Of a stretch of 64,000 nt of DNA, positions 1-9,933 are shown one piece after another. Source of the stretch: an uncultured Acidobacteriota bacterium (GTDB taxonomy: Bacteria; Acidobacteriota; Terriglobia; Acidiferrales; UBA7541); NCBI GenBank assembly GCA_963814735.1, contig CAWFEC010000002.1, positions 132,048 through 196,047 of the forward strand. Direction: 5' to 3'. How positions within the stretch are numbered: the first letter of the stretch is position 1; each line of letters opens with the position of its first letter. Below the pieces are notes generated by a model. It worked only from the letters and a program-made list of their open reading frames with translations, was not told the DNA's origin and ran no database searches. The position numbers and the translations under genes were made by a program.

Positions 1-2
1 CC

Positions 3-284
3 GTCCGCTGGAACGATGGAACGAGTTGGCCGGTAAAGTCGGGCCACGGCTGCATCGCCTGCGCCTCGCACCGTTTTTGGGACACGAAATCGCCTTTCTA
101 CAAGCGCTTGCCGTCGGTGCCCGGATTTGGAGTGGACGTCACTGCAGCCGAAATTGGATGGGTTGGCACCGGGGTGGTTGCCGCGGCGATGGTCGCCCAA
201 GTGGCCGGTAATTTTGTGCGCGACAGAATTCGGCCGAAAACAGCGGAGAAGGCCGACGAACCGAAAGATTCTCGCGGAGAGTAG
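3..284 (+). CDS. hupS: [NiFe]-hydrogenase small subunit, C-terminal fragment (5' end lies outside the window)
   Basis: Absent from the ORF track because it has no start in the window. Frame 3 reads ...WPVKSGHGCIACASHRFWDTKSPFYKRLP...GWVGTGVVAAAMVAQVAG...RGE and ends at TAG 282-284. It shows the H-x-C-I-x-C distal-cluster motif, the FWD..PFY signature and a hydrophobic C-terminal anchor. AGGAGG at 283-288 serves the next gene. Confidence 0.8.
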   Translation, partial: VRWNDGTSWPVKSGHGCIACASHRFWDTKSPFYKRLPSVPGFGVDVTAAEIGWVGTGVVAAAMVAQVAGNFVRDRIRPKTAEKADEPKDSRGE

Positions 285-293
285 GAGGAATCC

Positions 294-2003
294 ATGGCGC
301 GGATTGTGGTCGATCCGGTCACCCGAATCGAAGGGCATCTTCGCATCGAAGCGCAAGTCGAAGGCGGGATGATTTCGGACGCGTGGAGTTCCGGGACGAT
401 GTTCCGGGGAATCGAACTGATCTTGCGCGGACGTGATCCACGGGAAGCGTGGATCTGGGCGCAGCGCATTTGCGGCGTCTGTACGATGGTTCACGCGCTC
501 GCTTCCGTCAACGCGGTGGAAGACGCACTGGGCATCGAAGTTCCGGAAAACGCGCGCCTCGTCCGCAACATCATCGCTTCGACGCAAACGATCCAGGATC
601 ACGTTGTCCACTTCTACCATCTCCATGCACTCGATTGGGTGGACGTGGTCTCCGCGCTAAAAGCGGACCCAGCGAAAACATCGCAGCTCGCGCAATCGAT
701 CTCCGATTGGCCGATGTCGAGCGCGAAGTATTTCAAGGGCGTGCAGGATCGCGTCGCTGCGCTGGTTGCGAGCAGACAGCTCAGCCTCTTCGGAGCGGGT
801 TACTGGGGACACCCCGCCTACCATCTGCCACCCGAAGCGAACCTCATGGCCGTCGCGCATTATCTGGAAGCGCTGACTTTCCAGAAAGAGTTCATCCGCA
901 TCCATGCGGTTCTTGGCGGCAAGAATCCTCACTTGCAGACATTCCTGGTCGGCGGCATGGCGACCTCGATCGATCCGAACGAGCCGAACGCGACGATCAA
1001 TCCCGAACGAATCGATTTCCTGCTGGAAGTGGCCAAGTCGGCGGGCGATTTCGTCAGCCAAGTCTATATTCCCGACGTTCTGGCAGTGGCGGGGTTCTAT
1101 AGGGACTGGTTCGGACTCGGGTCGGGCGTGGGCAACTACATGTCTTATGGTGGCTACCCGCAAGGATCCATCAAAGATCCGGGGGATTTCTTTCTGCCCC
1201 GGGGCATCATCCTGAATCGTGATCTATCAAAGGTGCACCCGGTGGACCCGGCAAACGTCACGGAATATGTGGCGCGTTCCTGGTACGACTACTCAGGCGG
1301 AGACCAGGTAGCAAAGCATCCCTACGAAGGAGAGACCAATCCGAAGTATTCGGGACCAACGCCTCCCTACGACTTCCTCCAAGTGGATCAGAAGTACTCC
1401 TGGCTGAAGGCTCCGCGCTATCAAGATCAATCGATGGAGGTTGGGCCGCTGGCACGAATGCTGGTTGCCTATGCGTCAGGTCAGCAGGACGTCAAGGCGC
1501 TGGTCGATGCCACACTCGCCAAGCTGAAGGCGCCCGCCACTGCGCTGTTTTCGACTCTGGGACGCGTTGCCGCGCGCGCTCTGGAAACACAACTTCTCGC
1601 AGACCGCCTCGTCAGCTGGATCGAGCAGCTTCGAGAGAATATGGCGAGCGGTAACGTGCGTATCCACAACGGGGAGAAGTGGGACCCGAGCACGTGGCCC
1701 GATACCGCCCGCGGTTTTGGCTTTTTCGAGGCACCGCGCGGATCACTGGGACACTGGGTTGAGATCGAAGACAAAGCCATCAAGAACTATCAGGCGGTTG
1801 TCCCGTCCACGTGGAATGCAGGACCGCGAGATGCCCACGGCCAGCGGGGACCTTATGAAGCGGCGCTTCTCAAGACGCCCGTGGCCGACCCGGAACGCCC
1901 GCTGGAAATTTTGCGTACCGTCCACTCCTTTGATCCGTGCCTGGCGTGCGCCGTTCACGTGGTGGACGCCACCGGTCAATTGAAGGCTCGCGCGAAGGCC
2001 TGA
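294..2003 (+). CDS. hupL: [NiFe]-hydrogenase large subunit (group 1, membrane-bound uptake type)
   Basis: 569 aa. N-terminal RIEGH and RICGVCTMVHALAS (CxxC Ni ligands); C-terminal HSFDPCLACAVH motif. Both ligand positions are Cys, so this is not a NiFeSe enzyme. Confidence 0.95.
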   Translation: MARIVVDPVTRIEGHLRIEAQVEGGMISDAWSSGTMFRGIELILRGRDPREAWIWAQRICGVCTMVHALASVNAVEDALGIEVPENARLVRNIIASTQTIQDHVVHFYHLHALDWVDVVSALKADPAKTSQLAQSISDWPMSSAKYFKGVQDRVAALVASRQLSLFGAGYWGHPAYHLPPEANLMAVAHYLEALTFQKEFIRIHAVLGGKNPHLQTFLVGGMATSIDPNEPNATINPERIDFLLEVAKSAGDFVSQVYIPDVLAVAGFYRDWFGLGSGVGNYMSYGGYPQGSIKDPGDFFLPRGIILNRDLSKVHPVDPANVTEYVARSWYDYSGGDQVAKHPYEGETNPKYSGPTPPYDFLQVDQKYSWLKAPRYQDQSMEVGPLARMLVAYASGQQDVKALVDATLAKLKAPATALFSTLGRVAARALETQLLADRLVSWIEQLRENMASGNVRIHNGEKWDPSTWPDTARGFGFFEAPRGSLGHWVEIEDKAIKNYQAVVPSTWNAGPRDAHGQRGPYEAALLKTPVADPERPLEILRTVHSFDPCLACAVHVVDATGQLKARAKA

Positions 2004-2020
2004 GCCAGGGGAAATCGCCC

Positions 2021-2827
2021 GTGAGAAAAACGAAGCGTCACTGGGGACTCGAAGTCGACTGGAGAAAGCCCACCCACAAACAGGTCAGGGTGTACGTCTG
2101 GGAATGGCCCGTGCGAGTCGCGCACTGGATCATCGTTACCACGATCCTCTCGCTGTCGATCACGGGCTATTATATGCATTCTCCGTACATCATTCCGCAC
2201 GGAAGAACTGCCTGGGTGATGGGAACGATGCGCTTCGTTCATGTCCTTTCCGGCTTCGCATTTCTTTGCGCGATCCTCATCCGCGTCGCCTGGATGTTTA
2301 TTGGCAACCGGTGGTCGGGCTGGGACCAACTGATTCCCACCACGAAAAAGCGGTGGGAGGATTTCGTCGAAACGTGCCGGTATTACGGCTTCATGAGTTG
2401 GTCGCCGAGGCCCCATATCGGCCACAACGCTCTGGCGGGTGCCGCGTACGCCGCGGTCTTCGGGATGGGGATCGTGGAGATCATCACTGGACTCACGCTC
2501 TACTCGCAGGTTCTCGGCAATAAGGTGCTCAGCTTTTTTGTCGGCTGGATTCCTCACGTTGTGGACATCCAGTGGCTGCGCGAGATTCATTTCATCCTGA
2601 TGTTCTGCTTCTGGATGTTTTTTATTCACCATCTCTACACCGCGATTCTCGTCTCGATCGAGGAGGAGAACGGCGTAATGGAGAGCATCTTCAGCGGATA
2701 CAAATTCATCCCGGAACACGAGTTGCAGGAAGCGCTCGCCGAAGAAGACGAAGCGGATTTGCAGGAGCGAGCGAAAGAGGACCGCGCGATCCCCGCCGGC
2801 GGCCGGAGTACCCGCTCGAGAGCGTGA
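2021..2827 (+). CDS. hupC: Ni/Fe-hydrogenase b-type cytochrome subunit
   Basis: The WPVRVAHWIIV...ITGYYMH...HVLSGFAF pattern and 4 predicted TM segments match HyaC/HupC. The track ORF starts at 1937 inside hupL; the in-frame GTG at 2021, just after the hupL stop, is the more plausible start. Confidence 0.8.
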   Translation: MRKTKRHWGLEVDWRKPTHKQVRVYVWEWPVRVAHWIIVTTILSLSITGYYMHSPYIIPHGRTAWVMGTMRFVHVLSGFAFLCAILIRVAWMFIGNRWSGWDQLIPTTKKRWEDFVETCRYYGFMSWSPRPHIGHNALAGAAYAAVFGMGIVEIITGLTLYSQVLGNKVLSFFVGWIPHVVDIQWLREIHFILMFCFWMFFIHHLYTAILVSIEEENGVMESIFSGYKFIPEHELQEALAEEDEADLQERAKEDRAIPAGGRSTRSRA

Positions 2828-2828
2828 C

Positions 2829-3386
2829 ATGGAAGAGTTGCTGTCCTCGAATACGGTGGTGATAGGAGTCGGCAACACGATCCTCTCGGATGAGGGCGTA
2901 GGTGTGCATGCCGCAAGGCTGCTGCAAAGCGATCCCCGTGTGCCAGCAGGGGTCGCGATTCTGGACGGGGGGACGATCGGGCTCGAATTGGTCCCCTACG
3001 CCTGCGATGCGTCCTACCTTCTGCTTCTCGATGCGATGAACTCGGGCCAAGCGCCCGGAACGCTCGCCCGGATGACTGGCAATGAGTTGCTGGCTACGAA
3101 GACAGGCCGCAGCGCTCACCAACTGGGCGTTGCCGACTTGATTGCGGCCCTCGCCCTCGTATCGACGCGGCCTCAAGATATCGTTGTGCTGGGCGTGCAG
3201 CCAGCGAACACGGATTGGGGCACGTCGTTGTCTCCCGCTGTCGAGGCCGCCCTCGTACCCTTGGTGGATGCCGCTTTAGCCCAGCTCCAACTGTGGAGAC
3301 AATCTGGCCCGGAACCTGCCGCGTCGCCGCTGCCCGCGCAATCTTTGCAGCGAAGAGTCGATTCCTGCCGAGAGGGGGGCTTGTAA
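2829..3386 (+). CDS. hupD: hydrogenase maturation endopeptidase (HyaD/HupD/HybD family)
   Basis: VVIGVGNTILSDEGVGVHAA...ILDGGTIGLELV...LLLLDAM...HQLGVADLI matches the hydrogenase large-subunit C-terminal protease family. The start abuts the hupC stop. Confidence 0.85.
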   Translation: MEELLSSNTVVIGVGNTILSDEGVGVHAARLLQSDPRVPAGVAILDGGTIGLELVPYACDASYLLLLDAMNSGQAPGTLARMTGNELLATKTGRSAHQLGVADLIAALALVSTRPQDIVVLGVQPANTDWGTSLSPAVEAALVPLVDAALAQLQLWRQSGPEPAASPLPAQSLQRRVDSCREGGL

Positions 3387-3387
3387 C

Positions 3388-3648
3388 GTGTGCCTTGCGA
3401 TACCCGGAATGATCGTCAGCAGCCAAGTGAACAACGGAATTCGGAGCGGCCGCGTTCAGTTCGGCGGCATCACGCGGGAAACCTGCCTCGATTTTGTTCC
3501 CGAGGCCGCGGTGGGAGATTACGTGATCGTGCACGTAGGATTTGCAATCAGCCGCGTGGACCGCGAAGAGGCGGAGCGGAGTTACGAACTGCTCGAATCG
3601 ATGGGCTTGCTCAAGGGCGAATTAGCGTCGGATTTGGAAGATTCGTAG
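3388..3648 (+). CDS. hypC: hydrogenase assembly chaperone HypC/HupF
   Basis: A GTG start gives [10 protein letters not shown]..., the invariant N-terminal Cys2 motif. 86 aa. Confidence 0.9.
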   Translation: MCLAIPGMIVSSQVNNGIRSGRVQFGGITRETCLDFVPEAAVGDYVIVHVGFAISRVDREEAERSYELLESMGLLKGELASDLEDS

Positions 3649-3658
3649 GCACAAACAT

Positions 3659-4768
3659 ATGAAGTATCTCGACGAATATCGGGATGAGAAAATTGCCCGC
3701 GGAATCGTGGCCCATCTGGCCCGGCGCGTCACCCGACCCTGGGTGCTGATGGAAATTTGCGGCGGGCAGACCCATACGCTGATGCGCTACGGCATCGACG
3801 AAATGCTGCCGGGTGGGATCGAACTGGTTCACGGGCCGGGCTGCCCAGTTTGCGTAACCCCTCTCGAGATGATCGACAAAGCGATCGAGATTGCTTCGCA
3901 GCCCGACGTGACTCTGATTTCTTACGGCGACATGTTGCGCGTGCCGGGCTCTCGTACCGACCTGTTCCACGTGAAGGCACAGGGCGGGGACGTGCGGGTG
4001 GTCTATTCGCCCACCGAGGCGGTCAAGTTCGCCCGGGCAAATCCAGGGCGTAAGGTGGTTTTCTTTGCAGTTGGATTTGAAACCACCGCGCCGGCGAATG
4101 CCATGGCCGTGTGGCAGGCGAAGCGGCAGGGGCTGACGAATTTCTCGATGCTCGCGTCTCATGTTCTCGTGCCGCCCGCCATTCGCGCGCTTCTTGGTTC
4201 GCCACGGAATCGCGTGCAGGGTTTCATCGGCCCGGGGCACGTTTGTACGGTGATGGGCTATCGCGAATACGACGATATCGTCCGGGAATTTCACGTGCCC
4301 ATCGTCGTGGGCGGATTCGAGCCGCTCGATCTGCTAGAAGCGATTTTGATGCTCGTGACGCAACTCGAGGAAGGCCGCGCGCAGGTCGAGAACCAATACG
4401 TCCGATCCGTCACTTACGAAGGCAATCAGCTCGCGCGCAAAATATTGGCGGAGGTATTCGAGGTTTGCGATCGGAAATGGAGGGGCATCGGCGGAATTCC
4501 AGAGAGTGGCCTGAGCCTTCGGGAAGAATACGCCGCATTCGATGCGGATCGCGTGTTTGGGACCGAAGGAGTGACCGCGGAGGAGCCCGCGGAGTGCATC
4601 AGCGCCGAGGTGCTGCAAGGATTGAAGAAGCCGACCGATTGCACTGCTTTCGGGACGCGTTGCACGCCGGAGAATCCGCTGGGCGCGCCGATGGTTTCCT
4701 CCGAGGGCGCCTGCGCCGCCTACTACCGATATCGCCGGCACGCGATGGCGGCAAAGGGGAGCAACTGA
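3659..4768 (+). CDS. hypD: hydrogenase maturation protein HypD
   Basis: MKYLDEYRD start and the GPGCPVCV motif; 369 aa. The stop overlaps the hypE start (TGATG). Confidence 0.95.
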   Translation: MKYLDEYRDEKIARGIVAHLARRVTRPWVLMEICGGQTHTLMRYGIDEMLPGGIELVHGPGCPVCVTPLEMIDKAIEIASQPDVTLISYGDMLRVPGSRTDLFHVKAQGGDVRVVYSPTEAVKFARANPGRKVVFFAVGFETTAPANAMAVWQAKRQGLTNFSMLASHVLVPPAIRALLGSPRNRVQGFIGPGHVCTVMGYREYDDIVREFHVPIVVGGFEPLDLLEAILMLVTQLEEGRAQVENQYVRSVTYEGNQLARKILAEVFEVCDRKWRGIGGIPESGLSLREEYAAFDADRVFGTEGVTAEEPAECISAEVLQGLKKPTDCTAFGTRCTPENPLGAPMVSSEGACAAYYRYRRHAMAAKGSN

Positions 4769-5829
4769 TGTCGCGCGGCACGAAGGTCGACGTGGCGCTG
4801 AGCTGCCCGGTTCCGATTGCATCCACGGAGTCGGTCTTGCTGGGCCATGGAAGCGGCGGCCGCATGAGCGGGGATCTGCTGCGGAACATTCTCCTCCCGG
4901 CCTTGCAAAATCCGGTGCTCGGACGGCTGGACGATCAAGCCATCATCGAGGTAGGCGGCTCGCGGATTGCATTTACGACCGATTCCTTTGTGGTGAAGCC
5001 GCTGTTTTTCCCCGGCGGAGACATCGGAACGCTCGCAGTCAACGGCACCGTGAACGATCTGGCGATGGGCGGCGCCGAGCCGCTTTTTCTGAGCCTCGCG
5101 TTGATTCTGGAGGAAGGCTTCCCGCTCGATACGCTGCGCCAGGTGATGGAATCCATTCGCGTGACTGCGGCCATCGCGCGCGTGGTGGTCGTCACCGGAG
5201 ATACGAAAGTCGTCGAAAAGGGAAGCGGTGACGGGCTGTTCGTGAACACTTCGGGAATCGGCCTGGTTACGCCCGGCGTGGGCCTTTCGGCCGACCAGGC
5301 GCGTCCGGGCGATTGTGTGCTGCTCAGCGGTACGATTGGCGATCACGGGATCACGATTCTTTCGCAGCGCGAAGGACTCGAATTCGAAAGCGCGATCGCG
5401 AGCGATACGGCGGCCTTGCATACGCTTGTGGCCGGCATGCTGCGCGCGAGCCCGAAGATTCGTTGCCTGCGCGACCCGACCCGCGGCGGACTCTCGAGTT
5501 CGCTGAATGAGATTGCGGCCCGCTCGCGCGTGGGGATTGAACTCGAAGAGAGCGCGATTCCGATTCGCGACGAAGTGCAGGGCGCGTGCGAGATGCTGGG
5601 GCTCGATCCGCTGTACGTCGCAAATGAAGGCAAGCTCGTGGCGATTGTTGATCCGGGGGCAGCCGACGTCATCCTCGAAGCAATGCAGCGCCATCCGCTG
5701 GGGCGCGACGCACGGCTCATCGGAAGAGTGACGGATTGCCACGCGGAAATGGTCACCATGCGGACGCGGCTCGGAACCTCGCGGATCGTCGATCTCCTCT
5801 CTGGCGATCAATTGCCGCGCATCTGCTGA
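4768..5829 (+). CDS. hypE: hydrogenase maturation carbamoyl dehydratase HypE
   Basis: AIR-synthase-like sequence ending in the conserved C-terminal PRIC. The track ORF (4111..) is a 5' over-extension; ATG 4768 overlaps the hypD stop. Confidence 0.95.
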   Translation: MSRGTKVDVALSCPVPIASTESVLLGHGSGGRMSGDLLRNILLPALQNPVLGRLDDQAIIEVGGSRIAFTTDSFVVKPLFFPGGDIGTLAVNGTVNDLAMGGAEPLFLSLALILEEGFPLDTLRQVMESIRVTAAIARVVVVTGDTKVVEKGSGDGLFVNTSGIGLVTPGVGLSADQARPGDCVLLSGTIGDHGITILSQREGLEFESAIASDTAALHTLVAGMLRASPKIRCLRDPTRGGLSSSLNEIAARSRVGIELEESAIPIRDEVQGACEMLGLDPLYVANEGKLVAIVDPGAADVILEAMQRHPLGRDARLIGRVTDCHAEMVTMRTRLGTSRIVDLLSGDQLPRIC

Positions 5830-5850
5830 GGCCCGGCCGGGACCTGCCCG

Positions 5851-6216
5851 ATGCACGAAATGGGAATCGCCAATTCGGTGCTCGACGTGATTCGAAAGGA
5901 AACGCTTCGCTTCCCGAATGGCCACATCCACAAAGTCGGCGTTCGGATCGGCGAACTCGCGGGCGTTGATCCGGATGCGATGAGCTTCTGTTTTGAAGCC
6001 CTCGTGCGCGGAACGGAACTCGAGCCGCTCGCGCTCGAAATCGAATACTGCCCTCGACGCTATCAATGCCGCGCCTGCGGGCATTCGTACGCCGCGTCGC
6101 GAGATGATTTCGCGTGTCCCGAATGCGGCAAGCTGGATTCGCAGTTCCTCGGAGGCGATGAACTCGAGCTCGCCTATATGGAGGTCGAAGATGGAGCGCG
6201 TGTCGCTGGAGCGTAA
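5851..6216 (+). CDS. hypA: hydrogenase nickel insertion protein HypA
   Basis: MHEMGIANSVL N-terminus (MHE Ni site) and a zinc site CRACG...CPECG. 121 aa. Confidence 0.9.
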   Translation: MHEMGIANSVLDVIRKETLRFPNGHIHKVGVRIGELAGVDPDAMSFCFEALVRGTELEPLALEIEYCPRRYQCRACGHSYAASRDDFACPECGKLDSQFLGGDELELAYMEVEDGARVAGA

Positions 6217-6865
6217 AGTTCTTAACGAAAACGACTTGATTGCCGCCCGTTTGCGGGCGCGGTTTGCCGAACACGATATCCTGTGCCTCAACCTGATCAG
6301 CTCGCCCGGCTCCGGTAAGACCAGCCTTCTCGAGCGCACTCTGGAAAGCTTTGGCCGCGGCGAGCGCGTGGCTGTGCTTACGGGAGACATTCAGACGGAA
6401 AATGACGCGAAACGCCTGGCGCGATTTGGATTTCCGGTGAAACAAATCACAACGGGCGGCACGTGCCATCTCGACGCTCGCATGATCGAAAAGGCGCTTC
6501 TCGACTGGCGCCTCGAAGATATCGGCCTGTTGCTGATCGAAAACGTAGGCAACCTCGTGTGTCCGTCCAGCTACGATTTAGGCGAGGCCGCCAAGATCGT
6601 GGTTCTCAGCGTCGCCGAGGGTGAGGACAAGCCGCTTAAATATCCCTCGATTTTTTTCAAGTCGGAACTTCTGGTCCTCAACAAGACCGACCTCTTGCCG
6701 CACGTGCCGTTCGATATCGCCGCCGCCGAAGAAAACGCGCGGCGCGTTCACCGGGATATGAACATCATTCGAACCTCCTGCGTCACGCGCGAGGGGATTG
6801 CGGAGTGGGTTGCCTGGCTCGAGCGCAAGCGCGAAAGGACGCGTGTGTCCGCCGCCGCATCCTGA
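6191..6865 (+). CDS. hypB: hydrogenase nickel-incorporation GTPase HypB
   Basis: P-loop SSPGSGKTSLLE and NKTDL G4 motif. The start was chosen at ATG 6191 (MERVSLERKVL...), which overlaps the hypA end by 26 nt. The track start at 5993 is an over-extension. Confidence 0.88.
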   Translation: MERVSLERKVLNENDLIAARLRARFAEHDILCLNLISSPGSGKTSLLERTLESFGRGERVAVLTGDIQTENDAKRLARFGFPVKQITTGGTCHLDARMIEKALLDWRLEDIGLLLIENVGNLVCPSSYDLGEAAKIVVLSVAEGEDKPLKYPSIFFKSELLVLNKTDLLPHVPFDIAAAEENARRVHRDMNIIRTSCVTREGIAEWVAWLERKRERTRVSAAAS

Positions 6866-6871
6866 CATGCC

Positions 6872-9202
6872 ATGCAAGTCCGCAAGGAAATCCACGTTTC
6901 GGGATTGGTACAGGGAGTGGGATTCCGGCCATACGTCTACAGGCTCGCGACGGACCGGAACCTCCGCGGCAACATCAGCAACACGCCGGCGGGAGTGACG
7001 ATCGAAATTCAGGGCCCGCCGGAGGCGGTCGAAGACTTCGTCTCGCGCCTCCCCGGAGAGGCGCCGGCCCTCGCGCAGATTACTCGCGTGATCGTTCGCG
7101 AGATGCCGTGCCAGCCGGATCAATCGTTTGAAATTCTGGCCAGCCACACCGGCGATCACGCCAGCGCACTGATTTCCCCGGACGTGGCCGTCTGCGACGA
7201 TTGCCTTCGCGAGCTGCTGGACCCTCACGACCGGCGGTATCTCTATCCCTTCATTAATTGCACGAACTGCGGCCCGCGCTTTACGATCGTGCGCGACATT
7301 CCATACGACCGGCCGAGGACTTCGATGTCGGCGTTCCCGATGTGCGAGAAATGCCGTGCCGAATACGACGACCCTCGAAACCGCCGCTTCCACGCCCAGC
7401 CGAATGCGTGTTGGGAGTGCGGTCCTCATCTCGAAATCTGGAATTTCCAGGGCCATCGGATCGAAACATCCGATCCTATCAGCGCGGCTGTCGAGTGCCT
7501 GCGATCGGGCGAAATCCTTGCGGTAAAGGGACTCGGTGGCTTCCACCTCGCAGTGGATGCCACGAACCCAACGGCGGTGGAGCGATTGCGCCAGCGCAAG
7601 CGGCGCATCGAAAAGCCGTTTGCCGTGATGGTGCGCAATCTGGAGGCCGCCCGCCGATTCTGCCACGTCGATGCCGAAATGGAGCACCTCCTAAGCAGCC
7701 GGCAGCGGCCCATTGTGCTGCTGGCGTGGAAGAAAGCTGCTGCAATCGCCGAGAACCTAGCGCCGAACCAGGGTGATCTCGGAGTCTTCCTGCCGTACAC
7801 ACCCCTGCATCACTTGCTTTTTTCCCTCAGCGACTTCCCGGCATTGGTTATGACCAGCGGGAACCTGAGCGAGGAGCCCATTGCGATCGACAATCGCGAG
7901 GCCGTGGAACGCTTGGGCGGCATCGCCGATCTTTTTCTGATGCACAACCGCGAAATTCTGCTTCGCTGCGATGATTCGGTTGTTCGCCATTCGGCCGGAG
8001 GAACACGGCAGATTCGCCGGTCGCGAGGTTACGTGCCGTCTCCCGTGCGATTGCACCGGGAGATTCCACAGATTCTTGCGGTCGGCGGCGAACTAAAGAA
8101 TACGATCTGTCTCACGCGCGGGAACCTTGCATTCCTGAGCCAGCACATTGGAGATCTCGAAAACGTTGAGAGCTTCGATTTTTTTCGCGATGCGATCGCG
8201 CAGTTTTCGAAGATTCTCGAAGTCGAGCCGGAAATTGTGGCCTACGATCTTCATCCGGATTATCTGTCTACAAAATGGGCTCTGCAGCAGAAAGACGTGC
8301 GTCTCGCCGGCGTGCAGCATCATCACGCTCATATAGCGGCGTGCATGGCGGAAAACAATCTCGAGGGACGCGTGATTGGCCTGGCCCTCGACGGCGCCGG
8401 TTACGGCGCGGATGGGCATATCTGGGGCGGCGAAGTGTTGCTCGCGGATTTCGCAGGTTTCGAGCGCGTGGCGCATTTTGCTTATGCTCCGCTTCCGGGA
8501 GGCGCGGCCGCCATTCGTGAGCCTTGGCGCATGGCGGTGAGCCATCTGATGCGAGCGTTCGGCGAAGATTTCTTGAACCTGGACATTCCCTTCGTGCGAG
8601 GACTCGATCGCGGCAAGACAGAGCTCGTGATGCACATGATCGCGCGAGAAGTGAATTGTCCATTGACCTCAAGTTGCGGACGCCTATTCGACGCCGTGGC
8701 GGCGCTACTCGGCATTCGCCAAGAAGTGACTTACGAAGCGCAGGCTGCCATTGAACTCGAAATGTCGGCGCGGCCCTCAGCCGAAACCGCTGCTTATCCA
8801 TTCGCCATGCGTGCCCAGGACGGGCGATGGCAGATCGATGCGTCGCCGCTGTTTGCCGCCATCGTCGAAGATCTTCGCCGGAACGTGTGCGCGGCAACGA
8901 TCAGCCGCCGATTTCACAACGGCCTTGTCGAAACGCTCGTGCGCGTCGCGTCTCTGTTGCGCGGGGAATCCTCGATCAATCGGATCTGTTTAAGCGGTGG
9001 TACGTTCAATAACATGCTTGTGTTCGAGCCTTTAGTTCGCAGGCTGGAATCAGAGCGCTTTGAAGTTTTCACTCATTCCGAGGTTCCCGCGGGCGACGGC
9101 GGCCTGAGCCTGGGGCAGGCGCTGGTGGCAGCACACATCGCGCCAACTGAAGGCAAAACATCGGGGCTCGCCGGGATTCAATCGGGCGTTCGTTTTGGGT
9201 AA
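6872..9202 (+). CDS. hypF: carbamoyltransferase HypF
   Basis: 776 aa. Acylphosphatase-like N-terminus, two CxxC-x18-CxxC zinc fingers (CDDCLRE...CTNCGPRF and CEKCRAE...CWECGP), and YrdC-like and Kae1-like regions. Confidence 0.95.
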   Translation: MQVRKEIHVSGLVQGVGFRPYVYRLATDRNLRGNISNTPAGVTIEIQGPPEAVEDFVSRLPGEAPALAQITRVIVREMPCQPDQSFEILASHTGDHASALISPDVAVCDDCLRELLDPHDRRYLYPFINCTNCGPRFTIVRDIPYDRPRTSMSAFPMCEKCRAEYDDPRNRRFHAQPNACWECGPHLEIWNFQGHRIETSDPISAAVECLRSGEILAVKGLGGFHLAVDATNPTAVERLRQRKRRIEKPFAVMVRNLEAARRFCHVDAEMEHLLSSRQRPIVLLAWKKAAAIAENLAPNQGDLGVFLPYTPLHHLLFSLSDFPALVMTSGNLSEEPIAIDNREAVERLGGIADLFLMHNREILLRCDDSVVRHSAGGTRQIRRSRGYVPSPVRLHREIPQILAVGGELKNTICLTRGNLAFLSQHIGDLENVESFDFFRDAIAQFSKILEVEPEIVAYDLHPDYLSTKWALQQKDVRLAGVQHHHAHIAACMAENNLEGRVIGLALDGAGYGADGHIWGGEVLLADFAGFERVAHFAYAPLPGGAAAIREPWRMAVSHLMRAFGEDFLNLDIPFVRGLDRGKTELVMHMIAREVNCPLTSSCGRLFDAVAALLGIRQEVTYEAQAAIELEMSARPSAETAAYPFAMRAQDGRWQIDASPLFAAIVEDLRRNVCAATISRRFHNGLVETLVRVASLLRGESSINRICLSGGTFNNMLVFEPLVRRLESERFEVFTHSEVPAGDGGLSLGQALVAAHIAPTEGKTSGLAGIQSGVRFG

Positions 9203-9783
9203 GCGAAGAGAGTGGTCCCCGGCGGCAGCGGGCCGTGCGCGGGAAGATCGTCGAATGTGATTGCAATCTGCGGTGCCTCGACGACGGCCGCCGAGTCGCC
9301 GGCAAAAAGAGACAGCGGAATAACATCGGCCATAGCTCGATACCCTGCTGGCGATGGATGCAGGTGATCCCCCGAATCGAATGCCGGAAGCAGCCGGTCC
9401 GGGTGCTCAGGATCGCGCATCGCCTTATCGAAATCGATTACTGCGTCGAAATGGCCTGGATCGCGAATCCACTGATTGATCGCTTGCCGGTCTGCTTCGC
9501 TGGCCGGACCGGGGTGATAAAACTCGGAGCCAACGAACGGCATGATCGTCGCCCCAATGAGCTCGATGCCGTGCGTATGACTTTTCGTGATGATCTGCTG
9601 GTATGCGACGAGGACACGGTGAACGAGCGCGTCGTGCTCTGACTGCGACACCTCGCCATCGTGCGTCAGCATGCCGATGTCGTTGATTCCTTCGAGCACG
9701 ATCAAGTAACCGGCGCCTGTCTGCGCGAGCACGTCGTGATCGAACCGGGCGGAGGCGTTCGGACCGAGTCCATCGAGAAGCAA
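9178..9783 (-). pseudogene. SGNH/GDSL hydrolase, N-terminally truncated remnant
   Basis: Block III (LEGINDIG) and block V (DSGDHLHPS) are present. Block II (GIGGNRLLLDG) is only partly inside the ORF, which opens right after an in-frame TAA. No block I GDS motif is found in any frame upstream, where the CE15 gene begins. The 3' end overlaps the hypF 3' end by 25 nt. Confidence 0.55.
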
Positions 9784-9933
9784 GCGGTTTCCGCCAATCC
9801 CATGTCTACGCGATGGCTCTTAATACATCGAAGTCTGCACCTTGAAGGGCTCGATTGAACGCGATATGTTCGGGGCGCTTATTTGCGACCGCCATTGCCC
9901 GGAAACTTACGGCGCTGTGGCCAAGGAGAATTC

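Noticed and set aside
26-469. Track ORFs 26-211 (+), 98-469 (-) and 127-372 (+) at the window start.
   Set aside because: The frame-3 reading (3-284) gives an unmistakable hydrogenase small-subunit C-terminus. The listed ORFs are out-of-frame or antisense artefacts.
1937-2020. 5' extensions of track ORFs: 1937 for hupC, 4111 for hypE, 5993 for hypB, 26022 for paralogue A, 31097 for actB2, 47908 for the dehydrogenase, 50784 for the epimerase and 58891 for galE.
   Set aside because: The extensions overlap the preceding gene or read as non-protein-like sequence. Internal starts with an RBS, or coupled to the upstream stop, fit the family N-termini.
4723-6390. Long antisense ORFs opposite well-supported genes. 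These include 4723-6390, 6578-7687, 9976-11064, 12203-13138, 14202-15221, 17847-19922, 20655-21653, 21556-22464, 27091-28215, 31268-31990, 33078-33890, 36294-37193, 41907-42944, 43535-44293, 52197-53090, 53542-54951 and 62252-63751.
   Set aside because: They are typical high-GC shadow ORFs. Their translations are Arg/Ala/Gly/Pro-rich low-complexity strings with no recognisable motifs. Each lies entirely opposite a gene with strong family signatures.
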